DNA of 64,000 bases from positions 4,445 through 68,444 of IMG/VR virus record IMGVR_UViG_3300037467_002149. One strand, 5' to 3'. The position numbers were made by a program, and so were the translations under genes. Source of the DNA: a virus. Positions 47,240 to 57,110 of the stretch are shown here, piece by piece; the first letter of the stretch is position 1, and every line of letters begins with the position of its first letter. The notes beneath the pieces were generated by a model. It was not told where the DNA came from. It did not search any database and was given only the letters and a program-made list of their open reading frames with translations.

Positions 47240-47799
47240 TCACAGCCGTTTCTCTTTGACGTAGTTCTCGATCGCGGAGCCGGTCTTGCCTTTGACCTTC
47301 GGCCGATCATCGTTGAGCATCCCGATGGACTCTGCATCGAGGTAGATCGCGCAGCACGCCATGACGTGCCCTAGATGGTGAACGGGGAGACCCGCCTCGA
47401 CCGTGTCGGCCGAGAAGTCCTCGCCGTCGAGGCACGACGCGGCATGTCGCAGCAGTGCCGCCAGATACGGCCGCGCGCTAATCGACTTCTCCCGCCAATT
47501 GAACGGACCGTATTTCTTCGCTCCGTTCATCATGGCCGTCGCTAGGTGGAGCAGCGCGATCGGCGGGATCACCGACAGATCAGGCTTCTGCGCGCCCATC
47601 AGCGTCTTCGGGTTGCCGTCAGGATACGCGCCGGCCTCTGGCGCCGTCGTCTCATATCGAATGGCGGCAATCCGCTTGGTGTCCTCCTTGGTGCGCTCGA
47701 TATGACCGATGGCGACGGTGTCCTCGAACGGAGGCTGTTCCCACTGAGCTTGCTCTGCCTGACGCCGTGGGTCAGCGCCGGTGAAGTCCGGATAGAACC

Positions 47800-47803
<4 letters not shown>
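47240..47803 (-). CDS. dATP/dGTP diphosphohydrolase-domain protein (DUF5664)
   Basis: [38 protein letters not shown]. Confidence 0.8.
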
Positions 47804-48659
<856 letters not shown>

Positions 48660-48663
<4 letters not shown>

Positions 48664-49046
48664 AGGGCCGGCTCCGGCTTGAAGTAGTCCGGATTCGGCC
48701 TGACCTTCTTTCTCAACGGAATTGAGCAGAGGAACTTGATCGAGCCGTCACGATGGGTGGCCATCGTATGCGTGCCGTCGCAGACCCGCTGGCGGGCGAG
48801 CGCCACCCCCGGGTCGTCATTGTCCCAGCGCTCTGAGCAGCGAGCCGAAGCGACGAAGTACGGCCGGAGATCGACACGACCTTCGCCGCCAGAGTGCTCG
48901 GGATTTCGCACCGCGGCATCGGGATTGGCATCGATCACGGACCAGACGTCAGCGACGTTCAGGCTCAAATTGTTGGCGACTTTGAAGGGTGAGCGGGTCC
49001 GACGATATTCGTCGAGAACCGCGACCTCCTGTTCAGGGGTAAGCAA
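48660..49046 (-). CDS. Hypothetical protein, possible N-terminal HTH
   Basis: [19 protein letters not shown]. Confidence 0.55.
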
Positions 49047-49112
49047 AACGGGTCTCCTTTCGAAGACCCGTCTGGAGTCTACTGCTTGTGACTTGCTACG
49101 AAGGAGCCCGGT

Positions 49113-49127
49113 CTGACTTGGTCACTT
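49113..49127. promoter_or_regulatory. Palindromic operator, intergenic
   Basis: CTGACTTGGTCACTT. Confidence 0.6.
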
Positions 49128-49268
49128 GCCCGATACTATGACCGAGAGACGTTTTGCCGATCGGTCGCCCACATTGGCACTCGGCACCGAACCAGCCCTT
49201 ATGCGGGCCGATGATCTTCCGGCAGCGGACGCAGCTGGAGAGGCCTTCAGGGATGGGCTTTGGATAAC

Positions 49269-49481
49269 TCACGCTCCGGCTGCGAAGTCCACACCGACAA
49301 AGAGCGGAAACATCAAGGGCACGCCGTGCTCCTCTGCCAGGTCGACGAGCTGCTCGGAGGTGATGTCCTCGGCCAGACCGTCAACGGTCCAGCGGAGGGG
49401 CTCGGTGGTGTGGCTGATCTTGTATCCGGCACGCTCGAGTTCGTAGAGAGCGATGGTCCTCAACCTGCAGCCGTTTCTCAC
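49269..49481 (-). CDS. Small hypothetical protein
   Basis: GTG overlapping the SbcC-like stop; C-terminal part of track ORF 49269..49556. Confidence 0.5.
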   Translation of the reverse strand: MRNGCRLRTIALYELERAGYKISHTTEPLRWTVDGLAEDITSEQLVDLAEEHGVPLMFPLFVGVDFAAGA

Positions 49482-51385
49482 AGCATCACCTCGTGATCGA
49501 CGCCCTCCAGCCGCTTGTGGCTGATGAGGACGATCTGCTTGAGCTGTTCCTTGCACGCCATGAGACCGTCCGCAATCGCCTGAGCGTTGGTCGGCGTTGC
49601 GTCGCTGTCGATCTCGTCCCCGATGAAGAGCGGGAAGACCCGAGCGACGAGCACCTGGCCAAGCGCGAGCCGCAGAGCGAGGTTGATCATCGTGGCGTGG
49701 GCACCATTAAAAGTGCTCACGTCCTGACCGTCGGCCGTGATGTTCATGTCCTCGTCGACAACAATGGTTTCGAGGGGACGGAGCGAGTTCTCCGTCATCT
49801 GCGTGATGATCTTGCTGGACACCCGCGACAGCGATGGCGCGAGGAACGCCTTCAGAGTGCGGCGTGCCTCGACGAGACCCTTGGCACCAGCAGCAAAGGC
49901 GTCAGCACGCTCCTGCTTCTCGGCAATCTCCGCAGAAAGTGCGTCGAACCGCTGCTTGTCGGCTTCGTATCGGGCGAGGTCTCGCTCGTAGACGATGGCG
50001 GCGGTGTAGTCGGCGTGGATGTCTTCCGGCGTGCGCTTCGGTACAGACAATTTCGCCAGTTCTGTCTGTGCATCGCGAGCAGCACTTTCGCGCATCTGAA
50101 ATGCACGAAAGTCGCGTTCGTAGATGGCCCAGCGCTGAGCGATCTCTCTAGCAGCTTTCAGCTCAACCGACAGATCGACGAGAACCGGCAAACGATCAAG
50201 TTCCTCGATCGCCATCTGCTTCTCGTCAGCACGTAGCAGCGCGAGCTCGGCCCTTTGGATATCCTCCCGCGTCATCGGGTCACCAGCCGGGCAGGGCAGC
50301 GGCGTCGACCAGTTGTCGAGCTTACGACGCTCGACCGCGATCTCCTTCAGGCTCAGCGGGCTATACCCGGCGAGCAGCCGCTCCTCTTCGGGCGTCAGGC
50401 CTGCGTGAAATTCGTGCAGACATTTCGGGCACTCAATCGTCTGCCCGGCCTTCTTCTGTGCGGTCTCAATCGCCTCATACTGATCGAGTTGGTCGGTCCG
50501 ATACTCAGACTGAGGCCCGCGCCGAACCTTCTCGTCGGCATATTCCAGCCACGCCTTGCCGGCATTGACTTGAGCACGGGTGTGCGTCGGATCCGAGATC
50601 GAAGCGATTTGCCGCTCAAGCGCGGCGCGGTGTGCGTCATTCCGCACCCGCTCCTTCTCGTGAGCCTCGAGTTCCTCGACGTCGACCTCGGCGTCATCCG
50701 GTCGCTCCGGCTCATCGCCGGCAGCATCAATGATACGCTGCAGCTTGATCCGGTTGGCGAGGGTGCCGACAGTGTCGTCGTACTCGGCCTTGAGCTTCGA
50801 CGAGAGATGATAGCCCTCCGGCTTCACCGGCTCTGTCGGCAGCACGAGCGCGCGCGTCAGCGCCTCGGCCTCGGTGCGAGCCGTCTTGGCTTCTTCCTTG
50901 CAGGCCTTCTCGACGGCCTCCTGGCGGGTGAGGCCGACGACGTCGTCAATCAGCTCCTTGCGCCTGGCCGGTGTCAGCCTCGTGAGGCGCTCGCTCTCCT
51001 TCTGGTTCGCAGCGCAGACAACGTCGAACACCTCGAGATCGAACCCGAGGATGTCGACGATCTTCTTGTTGATGGCATCGGCGCCAACGGCGAGCTGCTC
51101 GTCCTCGGCGTCATAGAGGAACTCTTTCCGGCTCGTCCGAACAATGCGGTATTTTTCGGACGCGACCTGAAAGCCAAGCTCCATGTCGAGTGTCTTGTAG
51201 TCCGACGCCGGTCCGCGGAGCGCCTTCTTTCCGAAGAGGCCATAGCGGATCATCTCGGCGACGAAGCTCTTACCGGCGCCATTGTCGCCGGTAATCGCGG
51301 TTGAACCCGGTTGAAAGCTTAGCGAGCCGCTCAGGCTCACGCCGTTGGTAGGGAAGCTGACGGCGTAACGAAGGTCGTTGATCAT
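49478..51385 (-). CDS. SbcC/Rad50-like SMC ATPase
   Basis: Walker A GDNGAGKS, coiled coils with CPKC hook, Walker B FIGDEID, ISH switch. Confidence 0.88.
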   Translation of the reverse strand: MINDLRYAVSFPTNGVSLSGSLSFQPGSTAITGDNGAGKSFVAEMIRYGLFGKKALRGPASDYKTLDMELGFQVASEKYRIVRTSRKEFLYDAEDEQLAVGADAINKKIVDILGFDLEVFDVVCAANQKESERLTRLTPARRKELIDDVVGLTRQEAVEKACKEEAKTARTEAEALTRALVLPTEPVKPEGYHLSSKLKAEYDDTVGTLANRIKLQRIIDAAGDEPERPDDAEVDVEELEAHEKERVRNDAHRAALERQIASISDPTHTRAQVNAGKAWLEYADEKVRRGPQSEYRTDQLDQYEAIETAQKKAGQTIECPKCLHEFHAGLTPEEERLLAGYSPLSLKEIAVERRKLDNWSTPLPCPAGDPMTREDIQRAELALLRADEKQMAIEELDRLPVLVDLSVELKAAREIAQRWAIYERDFRAFQMRESAARDAQTELAKLSVPKRTPEDIHADYTAAIVYERDLARYEADKQRFDALSAEIAEKQERADAFAAGAKGLVEARRTLKAFLAPSLSRVSSKIITQMTENSLRPLETIVVDEDMNITADGQDVSTFNGAHATMINLALRLALGQVLVARVFPLFIGDEIDSDATPTNAQAIADGLMACKEQLKQIVLISHKRLEGVDHEVML

Positions 51386-51454
51386 GACGGTCTCCTGAAT
51401 GCGCCTGTGACCCGGCCGCAACCTCCGTCGCGGCAAGAGACCAGGTGAGTTGCG

Positions 51455-52090
51455 ATGGATCTTCAGCAGCGACTAGCGGAGCACGGCTGCGGGAACGTCG
51501 TCGAGTTCCTAACGATTGGAACGGACGACCCGCTCGGTGACATCGACTTTGCGATGGCTGCGGACTCGCTCGACGTGCCGGTGTCCCACATTCGCGCCCT
51601 GTACGAGGTGGAGAGCACTGGCTCGCCGTTCCTGAATGGCCGTCCGGTCATCCTGTTCGAGCCGCATCGGTTTAGCCGGGCGACCGAGCATCAATACGAC
51701 GCCTCACACCCGAACATCAGTTATCGGAATTGGGATCCGAAGCGTTATCCTTCAAGCCAGGTTGGCCGCCTTGCCCAACTGACCGAAGCTGCCAGCCTCG
51801 ACTATGAGGCCGCGTTCGCCTCGACCAGCTATGGCGGCTTTCAAGTCCTCGGTGAGAATTATCACCGCTGCGACTGCGTCGACGCGATGGCCTTCGCCTG
51901 GCAGGAGAGCCAGACGGTCGCTGACCAGCTCAACCATTTCTGTCTTTTCGTCCGCTCCGATGCCGTCCTGCACCGCGCGCTTCAGCGCGCCGACTGGGTG
52001 ACGGTAGCGAAGCACTACAACGGCACCGCCTACTACAAGAACCGCTACGATGTGCGGCTTGCCCAAGCTCAACGAAAGGCTGCGGCATGA
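51455..52090 (+). CDS. Endolysin, N-acetylmuramidase (DUF3380)
   Basis: YEVES.G, ILFEPH.F, STSYGGFQVLGENY, DW..AKHYNG..Y..NRYD.RL. Confidence 0.9.
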   Translation: MDLQQRLAEHGCGNVVEFLTIGTDDPLGDIDFAMAADSLDVPVSHIRALYEVESTGSPFLNGRPVILFEPHRFSRATEHQYDASHPNISYRNWDPKRYPSSQVGRLAQLTEAASLDYEAAFASTSYGGFQVLGENYHRCDCVDAMAFAWQESQTVADQLNHFCLFVRSDAVLHRALQRADWVTVAKHYNGTAYYKNRYDVRLAQAQRKAAA

Positions 52091-52422
52091 TCCCCCACAA
52101 AGGTATCTCATGGAACCTCATCGCGCTCGCCGCGGTGCTGCCGCTCCTGTTCGGTATTCTCTGTTGGCAGCTCGCCGGTCTCGACCCCGAGACGTATTGC
52201 AGCATCGTCAAGCAGCAGGGCGTGCCACCGGGCGAGCACTGCTACCAGCTCCTCCTGCAGGGCCTGAAGATCAAGGGCTGGACGATCTGGCTGCTGATCG
52301 GGACGATCTGTCTCTTCGTCGTCATCGTGCTGGTCGCCGCGGTCAAAGCGCTTGTGAGCCTTACTGCTCCCGGGGGCTGGGGCTTCAACATGAACGCAAA
52401 GGACGACAAGCCCAATGCTTGA
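52087..52422 (+). CDS. Putative holin
   Basis: Two long hydrophobic helices; follows the endolysin. Confidence 0.55.
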   Translation: MIPHKGISWNLIALAAVLPLLFGILCWQLAGLDPETYCSIVKQQGVPPGEHCYQLLLQGLKIKGWTIWLLIGTICLFVVIVLVAAVKALVSLTAPGGWGFNMNAKDDKPNA

Positions 52423-52888
52423 GAAACTGTCCTTCGACATCGTCCTCGGTATCCTGAAGCGTGCCTGGCCGTTCCTGATCATGGCCGGCCTCACGATCTC
52501 GCTCGCTATCACGGCTGACCATCTGCGCGGCGCGCGCGCCAAGCTGGCTAACGAGGCCGAGTTCCGCCACGCCCTGATGGGTGTCCTCGAGTACGACAAG
52601 GACGACTCCGCGCACCTGCTCTACGCCGCCGGCACGCGCATGAAAGAGAGCAAGGACCACGCAGTGGCCCTGAAGACGATCAGTGATCAGGCGCTCCAAA
52701 ACAAGCAGCGCGCGGACGCGGCCGACGCTGAGCTCAAGCGCGAACAGGCTGACAACGAGAAGAAGTTCGCCGCGGCTCGAGCGCAGATCGCGAACCTGCA
52801 AGGCCACAAGTCGACCGGCAATCGCGAGGCCGACTGGAAGCAGATCGACGAGGACTCTCAGGCAGCTTGGAAGGGATGGAAGCAATGA
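52415..52888 (+). CDS. i-spanin (Rz-like)
   Basis: N-terminal transmembrane segment followed by coiled coil. Confidence 0.65.
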   Translation: MLEKLSFDIVLGILKRAWPFLIMAGLTISLAITADHLRGARAKLANEAEFRHALMGVLEYDKDDSAHLLYAAGTRMKESKDHAVALKTISDQALQNKQRADAADAELKREQADNEKKFAAARAQIANLQGHKSTGNREADWKQIDEDSQAAWKGWKQ

Positions 52889-53181
52889 CCCGCGCATTCA
52901 TGGCGCTCTGCGCCGTCATGGCGCTTCTGACCGCCTGCGGGCACCCGGGCACCATCTCGGAGAAGCCTATCATCACCTACGTCGACCGACCGGTTCAATG
53001 TCCTTCACCTGAAGAGAGGGAGCGGCTGCGTAAGCTCAAGCCGACCCCTCTCCGTGACCAGAAGATGCCCACCGACCCGGTTGCGCGAAACGCCCAATCT
53101 CAAGCCCAGCTCGGACTGTATGAGGCACCCGGAGGATACGCAGATCAGGTAGAGGCAGCACTGAACCGATGTCAGAAGTAA
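52885..53181 (+). CDS. o-spanin lipoprotein (Rz1-like)
   Basis: Lipobox LTAC; Pro-rich. Confidence 0.7.
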   Translation: MTRAFMALCAVMALLTACGHPGTISEKPIITYVDRPVQCPSPEERERLRKLKPTPLRDQKMPTDPVARNAQSQAQLGLYEAPGGYADQVEAALNRCQK

Positions 53182-53459
53182 CTGCGGCCGACGCGATGGC
53201 CCATGCTGAAGCAGCTCACATCAAAGTTCAGGCGCACGAGGATCTGTGTGCCGAGCGCTACGCACACATCCAGACCAACATTGCGGGCGTGAAGGATAGC
53301 GTCAGCACCGTCGTGAAGCTCGTCGGCTGGGGCGGGTCGACGATGTTCCTGATCATCATGTCACTGCTCGCCTTCTTCGCCTCGCGCGCCGTCAGCAACA
53401 ACGATGGCGAGATCAACCAGCTCAAGGCTCAGGTCGAGGTGTTGCAGGCAAAGAAGTGA
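53169..53459 (+). CDS. Single-transmembrane coiled-coil protein (holin/antiholin-like)
   Basis: HEDLCAERY..I then a transmembrane helix; last gene of the lysis block. Confidence 0.55.
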   Translation: MSEVTAADAMAHAEAAHIKVQAHEDLCAERYAHIQTNIAGVKDSVSTVVKLVGWGGSTMFLIIMSLLAFFASRAVSNNDGEINQLKAQVEVLQAKK

Positions 53460-53470
53460 CTCAGTCACTC
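53454..53470. promoter_or_regulatory. Palindromic operator at the left edge of attP
   Basis: AAGTGACTCAGTCACTC; contains the stop of the last lysis gene. Confidence 0.7.
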
Positions 53471-53490
53471 GTGTCACTACCGTGTAACTA
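53471..53490 (+). repeat. Integrase arm-type site pair, left
   Basis: GTGTCACTA-CC-GTGTAACTA; same arrangement at 53690-53709. Confidence 0.7.
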
Positions 53491-53584
53491 AAACGGTCGA
53501 TGTTCCGTAGATGTTCGCTGCTCGTTCCCCTAGTAAGAACATCGTAAGTCACTGATTTTCGCTCGAAAACGCGATTGGCTTAGT

Positions 53585-53630
53585 GTTGACATCGCAGGGG
53601 TCGCAAGTTCAATCCTTGCCACGCCCACCA
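53585..53630 (+). other. attP core: 3' half of tRNA-Val(GAC)
   Basis: Anticodon loop TTGACAT, T-arm GCAAG-TTCAATC-CTTGC, ends GCCCACCA. The 5' half is absent (upstream bases do not pair). Adjacent to the integrase. Confidence 0.85.
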
Positions 53631-53654
53631 TTTTTCCCCTTACAAAACAAGAGT

Positions 53655-54866
53655 TTAGGCGGCTCGAAGTTCGACGACGTTGTCGGCTGGTGTCACTGCC
53701 GTGTCACTAAATGCACCCGGGGCCAACTTCTCGAGCTCGTCGATGATGTCCTCGACAATGCCTTTGACGAGCTTCAAATATGAGGGACTGAACGGAGCGT
53801 AGAGTTCCGACACCGAGCTCACGACGCGGTGACCGAGAAAGACTTCCAGCTGATCGATTGGCTTCTCATCAGCCTCAAGTCGCGAGCGGACGAGGTGGGC
53901 CATTGAGCGGCGGATCAGCTTCAGACCAGACTCACCGGCGCCGGGCAGCTTCAAGTCCTCTGCCATGGCGGCCATGGCTTTCTTCGCATTGCCTGTGACA
54001 AGAAAGCCCTTCGTCTTCTTGAATAGCCACACACCCTGGCGCGCTACAGGCACCGTCGCACGATATTTCTTCGTCTGGCGCCGGCCGGTGGGGTTGAGGT
54101 GAAAGATCTGATGCTGGGCGTCCCATTGTCTGCGATCCGGATCGACCGACGCATCATGAACAGCATCGGGTCGGCCCATCGTCAGGATACTCACCCGGAG
54201 AAAGGCGAGTAGGTTCGCGCGCCGTTTCTTCGGTGTCAGCGCGTATCGCAGCATGCCAGCCAGGTCTTCGATCGAAGCCCGGTAGCTTGGCGTCCGGTTT
54301 AGGGTTTTCGTCTGGATTGTTTTGAACTGAGGTTCTTCCTTGACCTGTCGCATTGCCGCCGCGAGCTGCAGGACGCTGTTCTCGACCGTCGAGAGCGCCC
54401 GGGGTCTCACGTTGAGAGCTGGACTGACGACAGGGATCTTCTCGAGCCACGCGCGGAACTTCGCGATCCAAGCCTCATCAACTTGGTAGCAGAAGACATC
54501 GGCGTGAGGCAGAGTTTCAAGGTAGGAAACAACGTGACCGAGACGTGCCGCGATCGCCTTGTAGCTGGGCTTCGTCTTGGACGTGGCGAGGTGAACTTCA
54601 ATTGCCTCTAGAACTGTGAGGCGCTTCTCGGTGTCATATGGCCGACGACAATGAGGGCAACATTCCACCCCCAGAGTCTGCTCCAGGTATTTGTCGTCGA
54701 GCGCTAACTTCCCGGCTTCAACCGATTTCGTACCCGCTGAAGTGTATCGGTTCCCCCCTGCGGAGGAGTCGTACCAAGTGATTTCGAGACTGGGCCGGCC
54801 CGGCCTTTGGACGAGCTGGAGATGCCCCCGTTGATAGTGGACTGTCGCAGATTTCGCTCTAGGCAT
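53655..54866 (-). CDS. int: Tyrosine integrase
   Basis: Catalytic pattern MGRP (R), TKK (K), KLIRR (xxR), LGH, ELY (Y); points toward the att core. Confidence 0.88.
   Translation of the reverse strand: MPRAKSATVHYQRGHLQLVQRPGRPSLEITWYDSSAGGNRYTSAGTKSVEAGKLALDDKYLEQTLGVECCPHCRRPYDTEKRLTVLEAIEVHLATSKTKPSYKAIAARLGHVVSYLETLPHADVFCYQVDEAWIAKFRAWLEKIPVVSPALNVRPRALSTVENSVLQLAAAMRQVKEEPQFKTIQTKTLNRTPSYRASIEDLAGMLRYALTPKKRRANLLAFLRVSILTMGRPDAVHDASVDPDRRQWDAQHQIFHLNPTGRRQTKKYRATVPVARQGVWLFKKTKGFLVTGNAKKAMAAMAEDLKLPGAGESGLKLIRRSMAHLVRSRLEADEKPIDQLEVFLGHRVVSSVSELYAPFSPSYLKLVKGIVEDIIDELEKLAPGAFSDTAVTPADNVVELRAA
53690..53709 (+). repeat. Integrase arm-type site pair, right (inside the int 3' end)
   Basis: GTGTCACTG-CC-GTGTCACTA. 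Confidence 0.7.
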
Positions 54867-55018
54867 AGATTCCTCTGCTGTTCGGCCGCTTTGGCCTGGA
54901 TGAGCTCACCGACACCGATCGCATTAAGTATGTCGAGTGCATCCGCCTCGAGACGGATGCCTCGTCCCTTATCGGTCTGGTTTGACCAGTGTCGAGCGAT
55001 GTCGGTGAGCACAGCCAT
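54704..55018 (-). CDS. Small protein upstream of and overlapping int (excisionase/regulator candidate)
   Basis: Coupled to the upstream stop; overlaps the int start. Function inferred from position. Confidence 0.45.
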   Translation of the reverse strand: MAVLTDIARHWSNQTDKGRGIRLEADALDILNAIGVGELIQAKAAEQQRNLCLERNLRQSTINGGISSSSKGRAGPVSKSLGTTPPQGGTDTLQRVRNRLKPGS

Positions 55019-55404
55019 TACTGAGCTGCCACTCGTTTAAGACGAGCCACCATCGCCCGATGCTCGGCGTCGCTTTTCAGCTGATAAATCCGGTCGCTTT
55101 CGGCGCTGATCTCCCGGTACTCGGCCCAGGTGATCTTGCCGTCACTGACGACCTTGGCGATGACCGGACGCAGTGCCGGAACGCAAATGGCCTGACTGGT
55201 CAGATGCTGATAATGCTCGTCCCAGATCTCAGTCTTCGCATACTTCCCGTCGCGGTCTTCCCACGAGGAAACCCATTCCGGTTCGCTGAGAGTGGCCGTG
55301 GTGAAGTCGTCGCACAACGACTTAGGCTTGGCTTTGGTCTCGGCCTCGCCATTACACGCTACGAGTGAGAGGGCGGCGACGGCTGTGATGAACGCGCGCC
55401 GCAT
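55018..55404 (-). CDS. Lipoprotein
   Basis: MRRAFITAVAALSLVAC lipobox. Confidence 0.75.
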   Translation of the reverse strand: MRRAFITAVAALSLVACNGEAETKAKPKSLCDDFTTATLSEPEWVSSWEDRDGKYAKTEIWDEHYQHLTSQAICVPALRPVIAKVVSDGKITWAEYREISAESDRIYQLKSDAEHRAMVARLKRVAAQ

Positions 55405-55640
55405 TATGCGAGCCCCAACGCCTGGCGATAGGTCTCCAGGAGCGCGTCGGCCTCATCACGCACGTTCTTCTCCATCTTGCGGAGGGCGATGATCTTGCGG
55501 ATTGTCTTGGTGTCGTAGCCCTCGGCCTTCGCGAGTGCATACCGATCCTTGATGTCGTCGCTGATACCTGCCTTCTCGGCCTCGAGGTTCTCGATGGCCT
55601 CGATATGCAGCTTCAGCTCGTCGGCGGAAATGTTGGACAT
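55404..55640 (-). CDS. gapR: GapR/DUF2312 nucleoid-associated protein
   Basis: ELKLHIEAIENLEAEK.I.DDIKD.YA.AK.EGYDTK.IRKII.LRK...E.DALLETY..ALG. Confidence 0.9.
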   Translation of the reverse strand: MSNISADELKLHIEAIENLEAEKAGISDDIKDRYALAKAEGYDTKTIRKIIALRKMEKNVRDEADALLETYRQALGLA

Positions 55641-55704
55641 GGGTTCTCCTTTGTGGAGAGCCCAGATGATGCATTGTTTCGGGATCCGAAATCTCGAAGG
55701 GGCC

Positions 55705-55721
55705 AAGTGACCAAGTCACTC
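55705..55721. promoter_or_regulatory. Palindromic operator upstream of gapR-lipoprotein-int
   Basis: AAGTGACCAAGTCACTC. Confidence 0.7.
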
Positions 55722-55843
55722 AGCCCCTCCGGCACGTTCACGCGATTGGCCTGGCATGATTACCGTGATCCCCGGCAGGCACTTCATCGCGAGCTTCTTG
55801 ACCGAGCGTGTGCTTACGCTCGTGGAGGTATCCGGGGCGGCGT

Positions 55844-56821
55844 TCAGTGAAGTCGTTCGTCGATGAATTCGCGGACGTAGGTAGGGACGTCCTTCAGGTG
55901 CTCGTCGAGGATCGCTTGCCAGTCGAAAGCACCCAGTCGGTCAGCAACGCTGGTCTCGGGGTCAGCCTCAAGCTCACTGATCCGCTTTCCGGTGAGCTGG
56001 AGGCAATCGAGCCCGATCGGGAGCTCTTCACCTTCACGAAGGAAGACGCGGACTGCTTTGTCGCGAAGCTCGGCCGGATCGCGCGCCTCGAGCTGCTCGA
56101 GAGTAAGTGAGACATAGATTTCGCCATTGGGATCCTCGGCGTGGGTGTAGGGCTCGAGCGAGCCGGTGCATGAAACGTCAATGCCGTCGACGACGTAATC
56201 GCCCTCTAAGTGCCAGTGACCAGTCACTATTTTCTGGCAGTTGGGGAACTTCTTCATCAGTTCCGCAGCCGGAACCATGTAGTCGGTGTTGCCCCCGAAG
56301 GCCTCGAGGTCGTGGTGAAGCACGACCAGCTCGACCTCGACGTTCTCGTGGCTCTTGGTGAAGCGCTCGTCGATCGCTTGAGCGACCGGTTTGCCCCACT
56401 CCCAAGGCACGAAGGCTATGGTCTCGACCTTGCCAACGGTGTCGACCACGAACACGTTCGGGAGTGAACCGCTGATGATCCGACGAAAGATGTTCCAGGC
56501 GCCGATCGTGTTCAGCTGGCGACTGCGGTCGTGGTTCCCGGCCATCATGAAGAACTGAACGTTCGGCCGGCGCCGTGCTGCGAGCTCAACGGCGTCGACC
56601 GCCTCGAGGACCACCGACAGGGCGACTTGCGGGTGATCGAACAAGTCGCCGACCATGATGATGATGTCGGCGTCGGTCTCCAGCTCGTCCTTGAACTTCC
56701 GCATCTGGCGTGCCTCGCGCTCGCCGCGGCGGTCGAGGGGAACCCCGTTCTCGAAGCGCTTGCCGAGGTGCGGGTCTCCAATCAGCCAGGCGCGCTGGTC
56801 ACAGGAGAGCTCAACGAGCAT
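55844..56821 (-). CDS. SbcD/Mre11-like nuclease
   Basis: GDPHLG, VGDLFD, GNHD, HHD, GHWH. Confidence 0.85.
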   Translation of the reverse strand: MLVELSCDQRAWLIGDPHLGKRFENGVPLDRRGEREARQMRKFKDELETDADIIIMVGDLFDHPQVALSVVLEAVDAVELAARRRPNVQFFMMAGNHDRSRQLNTIGAWNIFRRIISGSLPNVFVVDTVGKVETIAFVPWEWGKPVAQAIDERFTKSHENVEVELVVLHHDLEAFGGNTDYMVPAAELMKKFPNCQKIVTGHWHLEGDYVVDGIDVSCTGSLEPYTHAEDPNGEIYVSLTLEQLEARDPAELRDKAVRVFLREGEELPIGLDCLQLTGKRISELEADPETSVADRLGAFDWQAILDEHLKDVPTYVREFIDERLH

Positions 56822-57110
56822 TGGTGTCCCACCTCCCGCTAATGATCGGGCCGAGGAATGCTCCGTCGAATACCAGGACTTCGAACAGCTGCGGCCGCCA
56901 CCAGTGACTGAGGCCGTAGAACGATCCGCCGATGAAGCAGGCGATGCCGTAGAGCAGCCAGAAGAGGACAGCGAAGAGCGCCGTCACAATGAGACCGGCA
57001 AGCGCCGGCAAGCGCACAGTGACCGTGCGCCATGCCTGATCGCGCGTTAGGAACAGGCGACCGAGAACAGCGGAAGCGACGCACAAAGCGCCAATGGTAA
57101 TTGCGTTCAT
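56811..57110 (-). CDS. Membrane protein
   Basis: Start MNAITIG; three hydrophobic segments. Confidence 0.6.
   Translation of the reverse strand: MNAITIGALCVASAVLGRLFLTRDQAWRTVTVRLPALAGLIVTALFAVLFWLLYGIACFIGGSFYGLSHWWRPQLFEVLVFDGAFLGPIISGRWDTNAR

Noticed and set aside
53585-53630. Functional tRNA-Val gene
   Set aside because: Only the anticodon loop to CCA is present; upstream bases cannot form the anticodon stem, D-arm or acceptor stem. Treated as the attP core.
53583-53783. 66-aa ORF MLTSQGSQVQSLPRPP
   Set aside because: Shadow translation of the tRNA-derived att core and antisense int.
56213-56229. AGTGAC-CA-GTCACT as another operator
   Set aside because: Spacer is 2 nt rather than 3 and it lies mid-gene in the SbcD-like ORF; may be chance.
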